Assembly (NCBI GenBank): GCA_038063915.1
Contig: JBBTUE010000001.1
Span: forward strand, 23,619-87,618
Length of the DNA: 64,000 nucleotides
Reading direction: 5' to 3'
From: Patescibacteria group bacterium
GTDB lineage: Bacteria; Patescibacteriota; Minisyncoccia; Phycocordibacterales; UBA9973
In this document: in pieces, positions 28,728-38,138 of the stretch
Layout of the letters: each line of letters begins with the position of its first letter
How positions within the stretch are numbered: position 1 is the first letter of the stretch
The notes under the pieces: model-generated
Told to the model about the DNA's origin: nothing
The model's input: the letters and a program-made list of their open reading frames with translations, nothing else
Database searches by the model: none
Translations under genes and position numbers: made by a program

Positions 28728-29141
28728 GTGCAATTTAAAGTTCCACAATTTATCGATATTGAGGACAAACTTTTTGGTCCTTTCACTTTTCGACAATTCG
28801 TATATATGGTTGGTGGGGGAGGAATGATATTTGTGATTTACAGAACACTACCTCTTTGGATTGGAATTTTTATAATTTTACCTGTTGCTGGGCTCACTCT
28901 TCTATTAACTTTCTACAAAATCAATACGAAGCCTTTTATATACTATCTCCAAGCAGCGATAAACTATCTAGTATCGAGCAAGCTATACATATGGAAACAA
29001 CGATTAGTAAAGCCAGGCTCTGAACAAGAAGAGTCTGCTAATGCTCTGCAGCCTACCTCTGTCGTGCCTATCTTGTCGTCCAACTCCCTAAAAGATCTTT
29101 CGTGGAGTTTAGATATACAAGAAAAAGATACTAATAGTTAG
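28728..29141 (+). CDS. PrgI-family (VirB3-like) small T4SS membrane protein
   Basis: MQFKVPQFIDIEDKLFGPFTFRQFVYMVGGGGMIFVIYRTLPLWIGIFIILPVAGLTLLL: N-terminal F-x-GPFT-RQF motif followed by a two-helix hairpin as in the PrgI family (PF12666). Sits immediately upstream of VirB4. Confidence 0.5.
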   Translation: MQFKVPQFIDIEDKLFGPFTFRQFVYMVGGGGMIFVIYRTLPLWIGIFIILPVAGLTLLLTFYKINTKPFIYYLQAAINYLVSSKLYIWKQRLVKPGSEQEESANALQPTSVVPILSSNSLKDLSWSLDIQEKDTNS

Positions 29142-29167
29142 AAATTAATATATGATATAATGCTTTT

Positions 29168-29815
29168 ATGGCAATCAATGCTCGTGCTGCTCAGGATTTC
29201 GTACCAATTAAAGAGATTCGTAATGGCGTCATAATACTCAAAGATGGCGGGTTTCGAGCAATCTTAATCGCTTCATCTATCAATCTATCTCTAAAATCTG
29301 CTGACGAGCAGAGTGCAATTATCAATCAATTTCAATCATTCTTGAATGGTTTAGATTTTTCTACCCAGATAGTCGTCCAATCAAGAAGGCTAGACATAAG
29401 ACCTTATCTTCTGACTCTAGAAGCTAGAGAGAAAGAGCAGACTGAAAAACTTTTGAAAATACAGACGAAGGAATACATAGATTTTATAAGAGCTTTCACT
29501 GACCAAGTAAATATAATGACCAAGACATTCTTCATCGTGGTACCATATAGCCCGACAATTATGAAGTCAAGTGAAGGTATTGTCGACAGATTGATAGGCG
29601 GTGGCCAAAAGAAACAAATTGAAAATACTAAAAAGGCTTTAGATATGGCAAGTTTTGAAGAGAAGCGTAGCCAACTCGACCAGAGAGTCGGAGTCATCAT
29701 ATCTGGACTTGGCGGACTTGGTATACGTAGCACTCAGTTGAAAACCGAAGAGATAGTCGAGCTTTTCTACAAGACATTTAATCCTGGAGATATTAGTCAG
29801 GGTATGAAATTATAA
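29168..29815 (+). CDS. VirB4-family ATPase, N-terminal domain (separate ORF)
   Basis: QDFVPIKEIRNGVIILKDGGFRAILIASSINLSLKSADEQSAIINQFQSFLNGLDFSTQIVVQSRRLD matches the VirB4/TraC N-terminal domain pattern. The stop (29813-29815) is separated by 1 nt from the ATG of the ATPase ORF. Confidence 0.55.
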   Translation: MAINARAAQDFVPIKEIRNGVIILKDGGFRAILIASSINLSLKSADEQSAIINQFQSFLNGLDFSTQIVVQSRRLDIRPYLLTLEAREKEQTEKLLKIQTKEYIDFIRAFTDQVNIMTKTFFIVVPYSPTIMKSSEGIVDRLIGGGQKKQIENTKKALDMASFEEKRSQLDQRVGVIISGLGGLGIRSTQLKTEEIVELFYKTFNPGDISQGMKL

Positions 29816-29816
29816 T

Positions 29817-31655
29817 ATGGGGATTTTCTCTAAAATTTTTGGTGGTAGTAATGTATCTCGAGCAAAGAGTACTCTTGTGATGCCTGTTATCCCTTCTGAA
29901 ATATATAGAGCGGCAACTCTTGAACTCCAAGACATCATCGCGCCTTCGGCTCTTGAAATTACCCCGAAGGGTATCAATCTCGGAGACAAAATTGCTCGTA
30001 CATTTTTTGTTATTTCATACCCAAGATATCTGACCGATAACTGGTTTTCGCCGATTATTAATCTTGATAAAGTTTTTGACGTTTCTATATTTATTCACCC
30101 TATCGACACTTCGGATATATTACGATCTTTCCAAAAGAAAGTAGCCGAGGTTCAAAGTCAGATATCTATCCGCGAATCAAAAGGCCTTGTTCGTGACCCA
30201 ATGCTTGATACTGCCTATCGTGACTTGGAAAGCCTGCGTGATAACTTGATGCAAGCCCAAGAGAAAATGTTTGATGTCGGCTTATACATCACTATCTATG
30301 CAGACAACGAGAACGATTTATTCAAAACTGAAAGTGAGATCAAGTCATTACTTGAATCAAAGCTTATATATTTAAAACCTGCATTGTTCCAGCAAGACGA
30401 GGGGTTTAAAAGTATTATTCCTCTCGGCACAGATTTGCTTGGGATACATCAAAAGCTCAATACTGAGCCACTCTCTAGCTTATTTCCATTCGTATCTTTT
30501 GACCTGACCTCTGATAAGGGTATTTTATACGGGGTAAATCGTCACAATTCTAGCCTTATAATATTTGATAGATTCTCTCTACCAAACTACAACTCCATCA
30601 CTTTTGCAACGTCGGGCGCTGGTAAATCTTATGCCACCAAGCTCGAAATTATACGCACGCTCATGTTTGATACCGAAGTAATAGTCATCGACCCAGAACG
30701 CGAGTACGAATATTTATCTGAAGCTGTTGGTGGTAGATACTTTAATATCGCACTTTCTTCTGACCACCATATCAATCCTTTTGACCTGCCTATACCGAGC
30801 TCTGACGAGACTCCAGCTGACGTGCTTCGGGCAAACACTATAAACTTGGTGGGGCTATTCCGGATAATGCTCGGAGGTCTCACTCCAGAAGAAGATTCTA
30901 TTATCGACCGCGCCATCACTGAAACCTATGCTCTTAAAGACATCACTGCTGATTCTAACTTTGCAAATATTGAACCGCCACTTCTCACAGACTTTGAAAT
31001 GGTGTTGGCTGGCATGGAAGGAAGTGGATCTCTCATTCAACGTTTGGCGAAATTTACTCACGGCTCTTGGGCTTCATTCCTCAACCAAGCATCAAATGTA
31101 GACATCAATCGTAAATTCGTCGTCTTCTCAGTGCGAGACATGGAAGACGAGCTCAAACCTGTAGCCATGTATATCGTGACTCATTATATATGGAATGCGA
31201 TTAGAAAAAATATAAAGAAAAGATTACTCGTAGTAGACGAGGCGTGGTGGATGATGAAATCAGAAGATACTGCCTCATTCCTATACTCTATTGCAAAGAG
31301 AGGACGTAAATACTACCTCGGGCTTGCCACTATCACCCAAGACGTAGGGGACTTCATGAAAAGCCCTTATGGAGTGCCAATTGTCACCAACTCGTCGATT
31401 CAACTATTGTTAAAACAGTCACCTTCGACTGTCGACGTACTACAGAAAACTTTTAATTTAACAGACGAAGAAAAATACCTACTTCTTGAAGCAAATGTCG
31501 GAGAGGGGATATTCTTTGCTGGGCTCAAACACGTAGCAGTGAAGACTATCGCATCATATACTGAGGACCAGATTATAACCTCCGATCCATCACAAATCCT
31601 TGCTATCAAGAAAGCAAAGGACGACTTGGCGGCAACAGAAGCAGTAAAACCTTAG
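29817..31655 (+). CDS. VirB4/TrbE/CagE-family T4SS ATPase, C-terminal ATPase portion
   Basis: Walker A FATSGAGKSYATK, VIVIDPEREY...INPFDL, Walker B LLVVDEAWWMM (DEAW), motif C GLATITQDVGDF. No TM and no VirD4-type features. Confidence 0.8.
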   Translation: MGIFSKIFGGSNVSRAKSTLVMPVIPSEIYRAATLELQDIIAPSALEITPKGINLGDKIARTFFVISYPRYLTDNWFSPIINLDKVFDVSIFIHPIDTSDILRSFQKKVAEVQSQISIRESKGLVRDPMLDTAYRDLESLRDNLMQAQEKMFDVGLYITIYADNENDLFKTESEIKSLLESKLIYLKPALFQQDEGFKSIIPLGTDLLGIHQKLNTEPLSSLFPFVSFDLTSDKGILYGVNRHNSSLIIFDRFSLPNYNSITFATSGAGKSYATKLEIIRTLMFDTEVIVIDPEREYEYLSEAVGGRYFNIALSSDHHINPFDLPIPSSDETPADVLRANTINLVGLFRIMLGGLTPEEDSIIDRAITETYALKDITADSNFANIEPPLLTDFEMVLAGMEGSGSLIQRLAKFTHGSWASFLNQASNVDINRKFVVFSVRDMEDELKPVAMYIVTHYIWNAIRKNIKKRLLVVDEAWWMMKSEDTASFLYSIAKRGRKYYLGLATITQDVGDFMKSPYGVPIVTNSSIQLLLKQSPSTVDVLQKTFNLTDEEKYLLLEANVGEGIFFAGLKHVAVKTIASYTEDQIITSDPSQILAIKKAKDDLAATEAVKP

Positions 31656-31697
31656 TAAAAATTGGCAATCTTCCCCTAGTTATCATATAATATAGAG

Positions 31698-32687
31698 GTG
31701 ATACTATCTCGAGGAAAAATCTTATTCGGTCTGCTTTTTTCGCTAAGTGTATTATTTACACCAGGAATAGGAAGTGCAGCATCGGAAATAGGGCTACAAA
31801 GTGGTGATATTGAAGTAGAGACAATACCAGAGAACCCAGAGCCATATCAAGACGTCACTATCAACTTAACTAGCTTTGCAACTGACTTGAATAAGGCTAC
31901 TATCGTCTGGCAAAGTGGCGGACGTACAGTTCTATCTGGAATAGGCCGTACTAGTTATTCATTTAAGGCGCTTGGACCAAATATAACTATAACCTTGGAC
32001 GTAAGCATAACTCCACCCAACTCTACTGATAAAGTTACAAAAAGAATCTCTATTAACCCCTCCGAGATAGATATACTATGGGAAGGGATTGACTCTTATA
32101 CTCCACCATTTTACAAAGGTAAATCATTCGTATCTAGCGGTGGAATGATCAAAGTAGTCGCTCTCCCAACTACAAGCACAAGTGGTAGAACCAATGCTAC
32201 GTATAGTTGGAAAAATAACGACAACGCAGTATTAAATGCTTCTGGGTACAATAAAGATTCTTACATCTTTGTAAACGATGAATTAAACACCAGAGAGAAC
32301 ATATCAGTCACTGCTTCAACTGTGAACGGGAGTTATAATGCAACCAAAAATTTAAATATCCCGATAGTAAATCCAAAAATTATTTTTTATAAGAAATCTC
32401 CAACCGAAGGAGTATTGTACAACAAAGCACTTATAAATGAGACATTTATAAGTGAAGACGAATTTACTTTAGTAGCTGTGCCTTACTTTTTGTCACTAAA
32501 AGGAAACGAGAACGACTTTAGTTATAAGTGGCAAATAAACGGGGAAGGGATAGAAACTCCTTCCAGAAAAACCGAGCTTACTGTACGCCCATCATCCAAA
32601 GGGGGGTATGCAACTATTAGCTTAGTATTAGAAAATTTAAACGCCTTTTTCCAAAAGGCGAGCGGACAGATAAAGATAAACTTATAG
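31698..32687 (+). CDS. secreted beta-rich hypothetical protein
   Basis: Signal peptide (ILFGLLFSLSVLFTPGIGSAAS), then repeated beta-strand-rich segments (e.g. YQDVTINLTSFATD / TITLDVSITPPNS). T4SS-associated position. Confidence 0.4.
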   Translation: MILSRGKILFGLLFSLSVLFTPGIGSAASEIGLQSGDIEVETIPENPEPYQDVTINLTSFATDLNKATIVWQSGGRTVLSGIGRTSYSFKALGPNITITLDVSITPPNSTDKVTKRISINPSEIDILWEGIDSYTPPFYKGKSFVSSGGMIKVVALPTTSTSGRTNATYSWKNNDNAVLNASGYNKDSYIFVNDELNTRENISVTASTVNGSYNATKNLNIPIVNPKIIFYKKSPTEGVLYNKALINETFISEDEFTLVAVPYFLSLKGNENDFSYKWQINGEGIETPSRKTELTVRPSSKGGYATISLVLENLNAFFQKASGQIKINL

Positions 32688-32688
32688 T

Positions 32689-35337
32689 ATGAAAAAATTA
32701 TACGGATACATTTTAATAGTAATACTCCTCTTGACTTCAATTCTACCACTCACTACTAGCGCGATAGTTAAGGGAAGTATTAATTTTTCTCAAATCACTT
32801 CAGATCTAAGTGGTGAATATACTCTCAATAATAAAATCTTAAGTTTTAAAGTAGCAAACAAGGCAGTAAATGGAACATACAAATCAGTCACGTATTCGCT
32901 GATCGTGCGAGTCGCTAAATCCCCAGTCAAAAACGGGACATACGAGTTTGTAACCCAGAAAGGGTCTGTGTCCGAACCCCTTTATATATCAAATTCTGAG
33001 GAAGCGAATTCAGGATATAAATCAAATAATAGATTGGCGGAGGGGCAGTTTGATAATATTGTTGATGGTAAATATTTTTTGGTTATTCAAGTAGTAAATA
33101 AGTTCCAAACAAAATATGATGGTACTAACGATACTGTAGATATAAATAAGAACGTACAGTCTAGTGAGATAACCGTGCCGGAACCAGCAAATACTGCCAT
33201 AAATCCAATCCTTTCAGTCACTGCAGTAACTACTGATAAAACAATCCAAGTTTCAGTTAGTTACGATACGAAGATTGATACCTCAGTTGATGGCATCTCA
33301 GGAGTTATCACTGGTAACGTGGTTGGTATGGGAGGTGGAGCTTATACCCAAGTACTTGACCCAACTTTTAACCCCAAAGATGGGAGAGTGGGCGCAACTG
33401 GTAAAAAAACATTTGGATTTGCAGAAATAGCTAATTTAACTCCAAACATAAAGTATACAGTTACTGTAACAGCAAAAGCAGGGACTGTAACAAAATATAC
33501 AAAGACTGCTAACTTTACGACAAAGAAAGCAACTGTGGTGACAAGCCCACCGGTTACTAATAACGGGGACCAGACTGGGAACCAAAATACTAATCCACCG
33601 ATAAAGGATACAAACAATCAGGACCAAGCTACTACTTTTGATCCTAAAAAAGATACTCCGGTTGATAACAATTCATACACACTACTCGCTCCAATAGGTG
33701 GGGTAGATAAAGTTCCAATAAACGATATTGGTAGTTATTTTAACATCATCTTCCAAATAGCTATCGGCATATGTGGCGCGTTAGCAGTGGTAATGATAGT
33801 TATCGGCGGAGTGCAGTATATGGGGACTGAATCAGTATTTGGTAAGACAGAAGCCAAAGGACAGATAGTGAAGGCAATTTTAGGGCTTTTGATAGCACTA
33901 GGCGCATATGCACTGTTGAATACCATTAGCCCTGCTCTGACGGGGAAAGGGGGGCTGACATTGGCCACGGTAAACGTATCAATTATGGACACTGTTGACG
34001 TACCCGAAGGAGGTGATATAGATGAAGTAATTACTGACGAGCAAGTTAAAAGTGGAAAACTACCTGGTATTAAGTGTGCCTCTGGATCACCTTCAAATGG
34101 TTTTTGTATGTTTGGCACGATAGATAATCCAAAACCGACTGGAGAAATACCAGCATTGGTTGATTTTTTGAAAAAAAATCCAAATCAGAGAATAACCCAA
34201 ATAGATATAATACACAAAAATAAAGTCGAAAAGTTTGTTTTCACTTTGAGTGATGGTTCTAAATACGCTACTATGGGTATAGGGCATGGTCCAGGCAACC
34301 AAAAATCAACCATGGACTGGAAATTTTCTGAACAAGGAAAAGAATACAGTGGTGACATGAAAACCCCTATAAGAACGTGGACAATTATTAATAAAGATAG
34401 AGCGAAAAACCAAAATACTGTAATAAGAAGTACTCGTAAAGGTAAAGATGGCCTTGGTTACAGTATGGGTGGAGCAAAGTTCAACCTTAATTATAGAGGA
34501 ATCGCAATACACTCGAACAGGAAAAATAGTCAGGGAACTTCAGCGGGTTGTATATTAATGTATAACGACGACTTGTTTGCACTTTATCCTTACATAAAAA
34601 CAAATGGTAGTATTAAGGTTGTGACTACCACTACAGATACATACCCTGGGAGTACTTACACAAATCCTAGTACAAATACGAATACAAACATCGGCGCTAG
34701 TTCCCAGAAATTATGTACCGATGTGGCTAGTTGTCAAAAGTTGTGCACTTCAACTAACAATGGAAACTCATACACCGGTAATCCCCCAGGAGTTCTAGAC
34801 CCAAATAGCACAACTGCATTAACTGGTATTCCCCTTGTTGAAGCTCGGTGTAAAGACTGTAACAATGTAATACCGAGAGGATCGCCTCAAGTCATTGCAG
34901 CTCTAAAGAAAATCGAACCAGCAGTTAAGGAATTAATTAGTAAAAATGAGATACCGAACCGAAAATATAATTTTAGGGTATATTCTGCATATCGATCAGC
35001 CAAAGACCAAATACGAGTTATGTGTATTAACCCAAAGACAGGTGGGACAAACACTGTCACACAAGCTGATTTAGGAAACCTATACGCCTACCCAGCAACA
35101 AGTAACCATGGCACTGGTACTGCTGTTGACTTCAAATTCTACTTTGATAATACAGAAGTATTCAACTATGGAGCTACAAGAAGCGAGGGGAGTATAGAAA
35201 AAATTATGGACAAAGCTGGTCTTCAAAGACTTATCGGGGAATCATGGCACTTCCAAACAAATAGTAGCTCAAAAACATGCAAGTACCCTAGTTGCCCTGC
35301 ACCTAAATATGAGATAGATACTACCCTCGAAGTTTAA
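32689..35337 (+). CDS. multidomain secreted protein: Ig-like N-domain + VirB2/TrbC-like pilin hairpin + L,D-transpeptidase(YkuD)-like domain + M15/VanY-like zinc peptidase domain
   Basis: Signal peptide. Pilin-like two-helix segment YFNIIFQIAIGICGALAVVMIVIGGVQYMGTESVFGKTEAKGQIVKAILGLLIALGAYALLNTISPALTGKGG (compare the VirB2 ...TLTGGG end). YkuD-like IAIHSNRKNSQGTSAGCILMYNDD. M15B/VanY-like YSAYRSAKDQ, ATSNHGTGTAVDF (SxHxxGxAxD), and ESWHFQ. Confidence 0.6.
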   Translation: MKKLYGYILIVILLLTSILPLTTSAIVKGSINFSQITSDLSGEYTLNNKILSFKVANKAVNGTYKSVTYSLIVRVAKSPVKNGTYEFVTQKGSVSEPLYISNSEEANSGYKSNNRLAEGQFDNIVDGKYFLVIQVVNKFQTKYDGTNDTVDINKNVQSSEITVPEPANTAINPILSVTAVTTDKTIQVSVSYDTKIDTSVDGISGVITGNVVGMGGGAYTQVLDPTFNPKDGRVGATGKKTFGFAEIANLTPNIKYTVTVTAKAGTVTKYTKTANFTTKKATVVTSPPVTNNGDQTGNQNTNPPIKDTNNQDQATTFDPKKDTPVDNNSYTLLAPIGGVDKVPINDIGSYFNIIFQIAIGICGALAVVMIVIGGVQYMGTESVFGKTEAKGQIVKAILGLLIALGAYALLNTISPALTGKGGLTLATVNVSIMDTVDVPEGGDIDEVITDEQVKSGKLPGIKCASGSPSNGFCMFGTIDNPKPTGEIPALVDFLKKNPNQRITQIDIIHKNKVEKFVFTLSDGSKYATMGIGHGPGNQKSTMDWKFSEQGKEYSGDMKTPIRTWTIINKDRAKNQNTVIRSTRKGKDGLGYSMGGAKFNLNYRGIAIHSNRKNSQGTSAGCILMYNDDLFALYPYIKTNGSIKVVTTTTDTYPGSTYTNPSTNTNTNIGASSQKLCTDVASCQKLCTSTNNGNSYTGNPPGVLDPNSTTALTGIPLVEARCKDCNNVIPRGSPQVIAALKKIEPAVKELISKNEIPNRKYNFRVYSAYRSAKDQIRVMCINPKTGGTNTVTQADLGNLYAYPATSNHGTGTAVDFKFYFDNTEVFNYGATRSEGSIEKIMDKAGLQRLIGESWHFQTNSSSKTCKYPSCPAPKYEIDTTLEV

Positions 35338-35351
35338 CTTATAACAATAAT

Positions 35352-36683
35352 ATGCCAAGAAAAACAATAATCATTTTCATAACTGTATTTATCCTTATCG
35401 GTGGAGGGGTTCTTGGCTATTATTACTACACAAGTAAATCAGGAACTAATAATGGTAGTACAGATAGTACTGGATATAATCAATTTAATCCTTTTGGTAA
35501 CAACCAAGGGGCTGACTCTTCTTCAAATACAAACGGTGATCAAAACACCAGCGATACCATAGGGGGTAATGGGGAAGTAGTCGAAGATGGAGGGTTACCG
35601 CAGGTTTTAAAACTCCATAAAATAACAGACTTCGCAGTAGCGGGGGCAACATACTTTGAGGAAGAAAGGCTAATACCAGAAACGGTAGTGGCGGAACCTG
35701 AACAAGTAGTAGAACCTTCACCAAAAACTAAGGCTAAAATAGTAGTGAAGAAGCCTGTGGCGCCAAAATTTGAAATAGTTCCATCTCTACGTTATGTAGA
35801 GCGAGTGACTGGTCACATATACCAGATGTATTTGGACAACAAAGTTGAGAGTAAAATTTCGAACTCAACTATTCCAAGTATCTACGAAGCTACTTGGGAC
35901 AGTAAAGCTACTTCTGTTATTTACAGGTACTTAGCGGAAGATAATAAAACTATTAATAGTTTTATGGCTACTCTTGGTGGGGCAAAGGGAGAATTTTTGC
36001 CAACAAATATTACTAGTGTAAGCTTGTCACCAGATGGAACTAAATTCTTTTATTTAACTAAGGTCCCGGGAAGTGTGATTGGGTACACTAGAGCATTTGG
36101 TGAGGATAAAATATCAAAAGTTTTCAATTCTCCATTTTCTGAGTGGCTATCGCAGTGGGCATCCCCACAGAAAATATTTCTAACAACAAAACCTTCCTCT
36201 TCTGTAGGGGGTAGCCTTTTCATGTTAAATATAGGTACAGGTTCAATGTCAAAAGTACTTGGGGGAGTATTAGGCCTTACAACTCTAGCTAACCCTGATG
36301 GATCAGCCGTTCTATACAATTCTTCTACTTCATCGGGCCCAATGCTCCAAGTAATGAATATAGACAAGCATACAACCCTAGATATTTTCACTTATGGGTT
36401 ACCAGAGAAATGCATATGGAGTCTGGATAAAATTAATATTTATTGCGCAGTACCAAATGAAATTAGTGGTAAAGATTACCCGGATACTTGGTACCAAGGA
36501 AGGATATCTTTCGACGATCATTTTGTAAAAATAAATACAGAGACACAAAGTACGACAGAGATATTAGACTCGGTAAATGAAACTGCTGTTGATGCCACAA
36601 ATCTATTTCTAAGTAAAAAAGAGGACACACTATTTTTCATAAATAAAAAAGACTCCACCCTCTGGAGCCTAGACTTAAAATAA
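35352..36683 (+). CDS. membrane-anchored hypothetical protein with TolB/PD40-like beta-propeller repeats
   Basis: N-terminal TM (IIIFITVFILIGGGVLGYYYY), a Gly/Asn/Ser-rich linker, then repeats such as LSPDGTKFFYLT, NPDGSAVLYNS, WSLDKINIYCAVPN, suggestive of PD40/TolB-type blades. Confidence 0.35.
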   Translation: MPRKTIIIFITVFILIGGGVLGYYYYTSKSGTNNGSTDSTGYNQFNPFGNNQGADSSSNTNGDQNTSDTIGGNGEVVEDGGLPQVLKLHKITDFAVAGATYFEEERLIPETVVAEPEQVVEPSPKTKAKIVVKKPVAPKFEIVPSLRYVERVTGHIYQMYLDNKVESKISNSTIPSIYEATWDSKATSVIYRYLAEDNKTINSFMATLGGAKGEFLPTNITSVSLSPDGTKFFYLTKVPGSVIGYTRAFGEDKISKVFNSPFSEWLSQWASPQKIFLTTKPSSSVGGSLFMLNIGTGSMSKVLGGVLGLTTLANPDGSAVLYNSSTSSGPMLQVMNIDKHTTLDIFTYGLPEKCIWSLDKINIYCAVPNEISGKDYPDTWYQGRISFDDHFVKINTETQSTTEILDSVNETAVDATNLFLSKKEDTLFFINKKDSTLWSLDLK

Positions 36684-36684
36684 A

Positions 36685-37140
36685 TTACTGATTGATGTAT
36701 TTTATAACTACCCGACGAGTTGGGCCGTACCCTTCGGATTCTGTCTTTATATCCGTAGCTCCTTCTAGAAACATATGAATAATTCGACGCTCGTACGCTG
36801 GCATAGGATCAACTTCAATATTACTTTTAAAATACCTCGCACGTTCCGCCATCATATGAGCAATAGTTTTCAGACTATCAAAACGTTTTCTTTGATAGCC
36901 ATTCACGTCGATAAAAACCTTAGTTACTTCTTCTGGCAAAGAATCTTTCTCCGCTATCTTTTGAATTAGATGATTGAGTGATTTCAATGTCTCTCCGTCA
37001 CGACCTATCATAGCCCTTGAATCTGGAGTCTCTACCGCAAACCATAGCATCCCACCTTCCTCCTTAAATTCGCAACTCGAAATAGTGCAGTTTGTGTGTT
37101 TGAATATATCTTCTATAATTTTCTTTATTTTATCTTGCAT
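36685..37140 (-). CDS. jag: Jag/KhpB-family RNA-binding protein (Jag_N + KH + R3H)
   Basis: MIGRDGETLKSLNHLIQKI (KH-like) and YERRIIHMFLEG (R3H motif). Conserved position downstream of yidC. Confidence 0.75.
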   Translation of the reverse strand: MQDKIKKIIEDIFKHTNCTISSCEFKEEGGMLWFAVETPDSRAMIGRDGETLKSLNHLIQKIAEKDSLPEEVTKVFIDVNGYQRKRFDSLKTIAHMMAERARYFKSNIEVDPMPAYERRIIHMFLEGATDIKTESEGYGPTRRVVIKYINQ

Positions 37141-37148
37141 AATAAGGG

Positions 37149-37907
37149 TTATATTGAATCTTTAGATAATTTCCTCCTGATGTACCACTCTTGTACGATA
37201 GTGAATATATTACTTGTAATCCAATACAACGCAACCCCAGCAGAGATTGTGTAGGCTATGAAAGCTATGAATATTGGCAATATGTATTTTATATTCATCT
37301 GCATACTTTCAGACATTTGTTCTTGGAATGTCTTTGGTTCATTTTTATCTACCTCTTTAACTATTTCAGTTTTTGGTTTTAAAGGAGATGCTAAATACCC
37401 TTGGATAAATTGAGATACTCCGGCTAGTATAGCGAGGGCTATACTTTTACTATGAACATCTATGAGCCCGAGGAAATTTGTGTGGGGGGCTACAGGAATT
37501 TGCATAAACGAATATAGTGGACCAGTTGATATATCTAAACCTTTATAAAAAACATAGTACAGTGCAAAAATAAATGGTAGCTGAAGAAGCACCACTAGAC
37601 ATCCTGAGAAGGGATTGACTCCATACTTTTTATATAATTGAAACGTTTGCTTAGCTTGCTCTTCTTTATTTGGAAACTCTTTTTTAATACGCTTTAGATC
37701 AGGTTCAATGCGCTTCATCAATATCTGACTTTTTATAGATTTCTTTGTGAGAGGGAAAAGGACAAGTTTGACTAAAATAGTGAGCAGTATTATAGCAAAC
37801 CCAACATCGCCAAAGGTTATGTTATTTATTATAAAAACTAGCCCGTTATAGATTGGTTGGTAGAAGACAGTATTCCAAATTGCTTGCATTGGTCTATTGT
37901 ATATCAA
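37149..37907 (-). CDS. yidC: membrane protein insertase YidC/Oxa1 family (short form)
   Basis: GFAIILLTILVKLVLFPLTKKSIKSQILMKRIEPDLKRIKKEF...YKKYGVNPFSGCLVVLLQLPFIFALYYVF is the YidC 60-kDa-IMP core. Synteny rnpA-yidD-yidC-jag. Confidence 0.85.
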   Translation of the reverse strand: MIYNRPMQAIWNTVFYQPIYNGLVFIINNITFGDVGFAIILLTILVKLVLFPLTKKSIKSQILMKRIEPDLKRIKKEFPNKEEQAKQTFQLYKKYGVNPFSGCLVVLLQLPFIFALYYVFYKGLDISTGPLYSFMQIPVAPHTNFLGLIDVHSKSIALAILAGVSQFIQGYLASPLKPKTEIVKEVDKNEPKTFQEQMSESMQMNIKYILPIFIAFIAYTISAGVALYWITSNIFTIVQEWYIRRKLSKDSI

Positions 37908-37931
37908 AAGGGTCTAAACCCAAAATATTAC

Positions 37932-38138
37932 TTACTTGAGCGGATCGTAGTGATTTTTTTGGAACGGATGGCAACGGCAAATCCTTATAAAACCTAGATA
38001 AATTCCCTTTATCGTACCGTATTTTAAGACGGCATCTTTTGTGTACTCCGAGCAGGTTGGAAGAAAAACACAGGAAGAATGCGACCGAAGAGGTGTTTTT
38101 TGATAGGTATTTACGAGCCAAATTATAATTTTAGTCAT
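37932..38138 (-). CDS. yidD: membrane protein insertion efficiency factor YidD
   Basis: YQKTPLRSHSSCVFLPTCSEYTKDAVLKYGTIKGIYLGFIRICRCHPF is the YidD/haemolytic-domain signature. Confidence 0.8.
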   Translation of the reverse strand: MTKIIIWLVNTYQKTPLRSHSSCVFLPTCSEYTKDAVLKYGTIKGIYLGFIRICRCHPFQKNHYDPLK

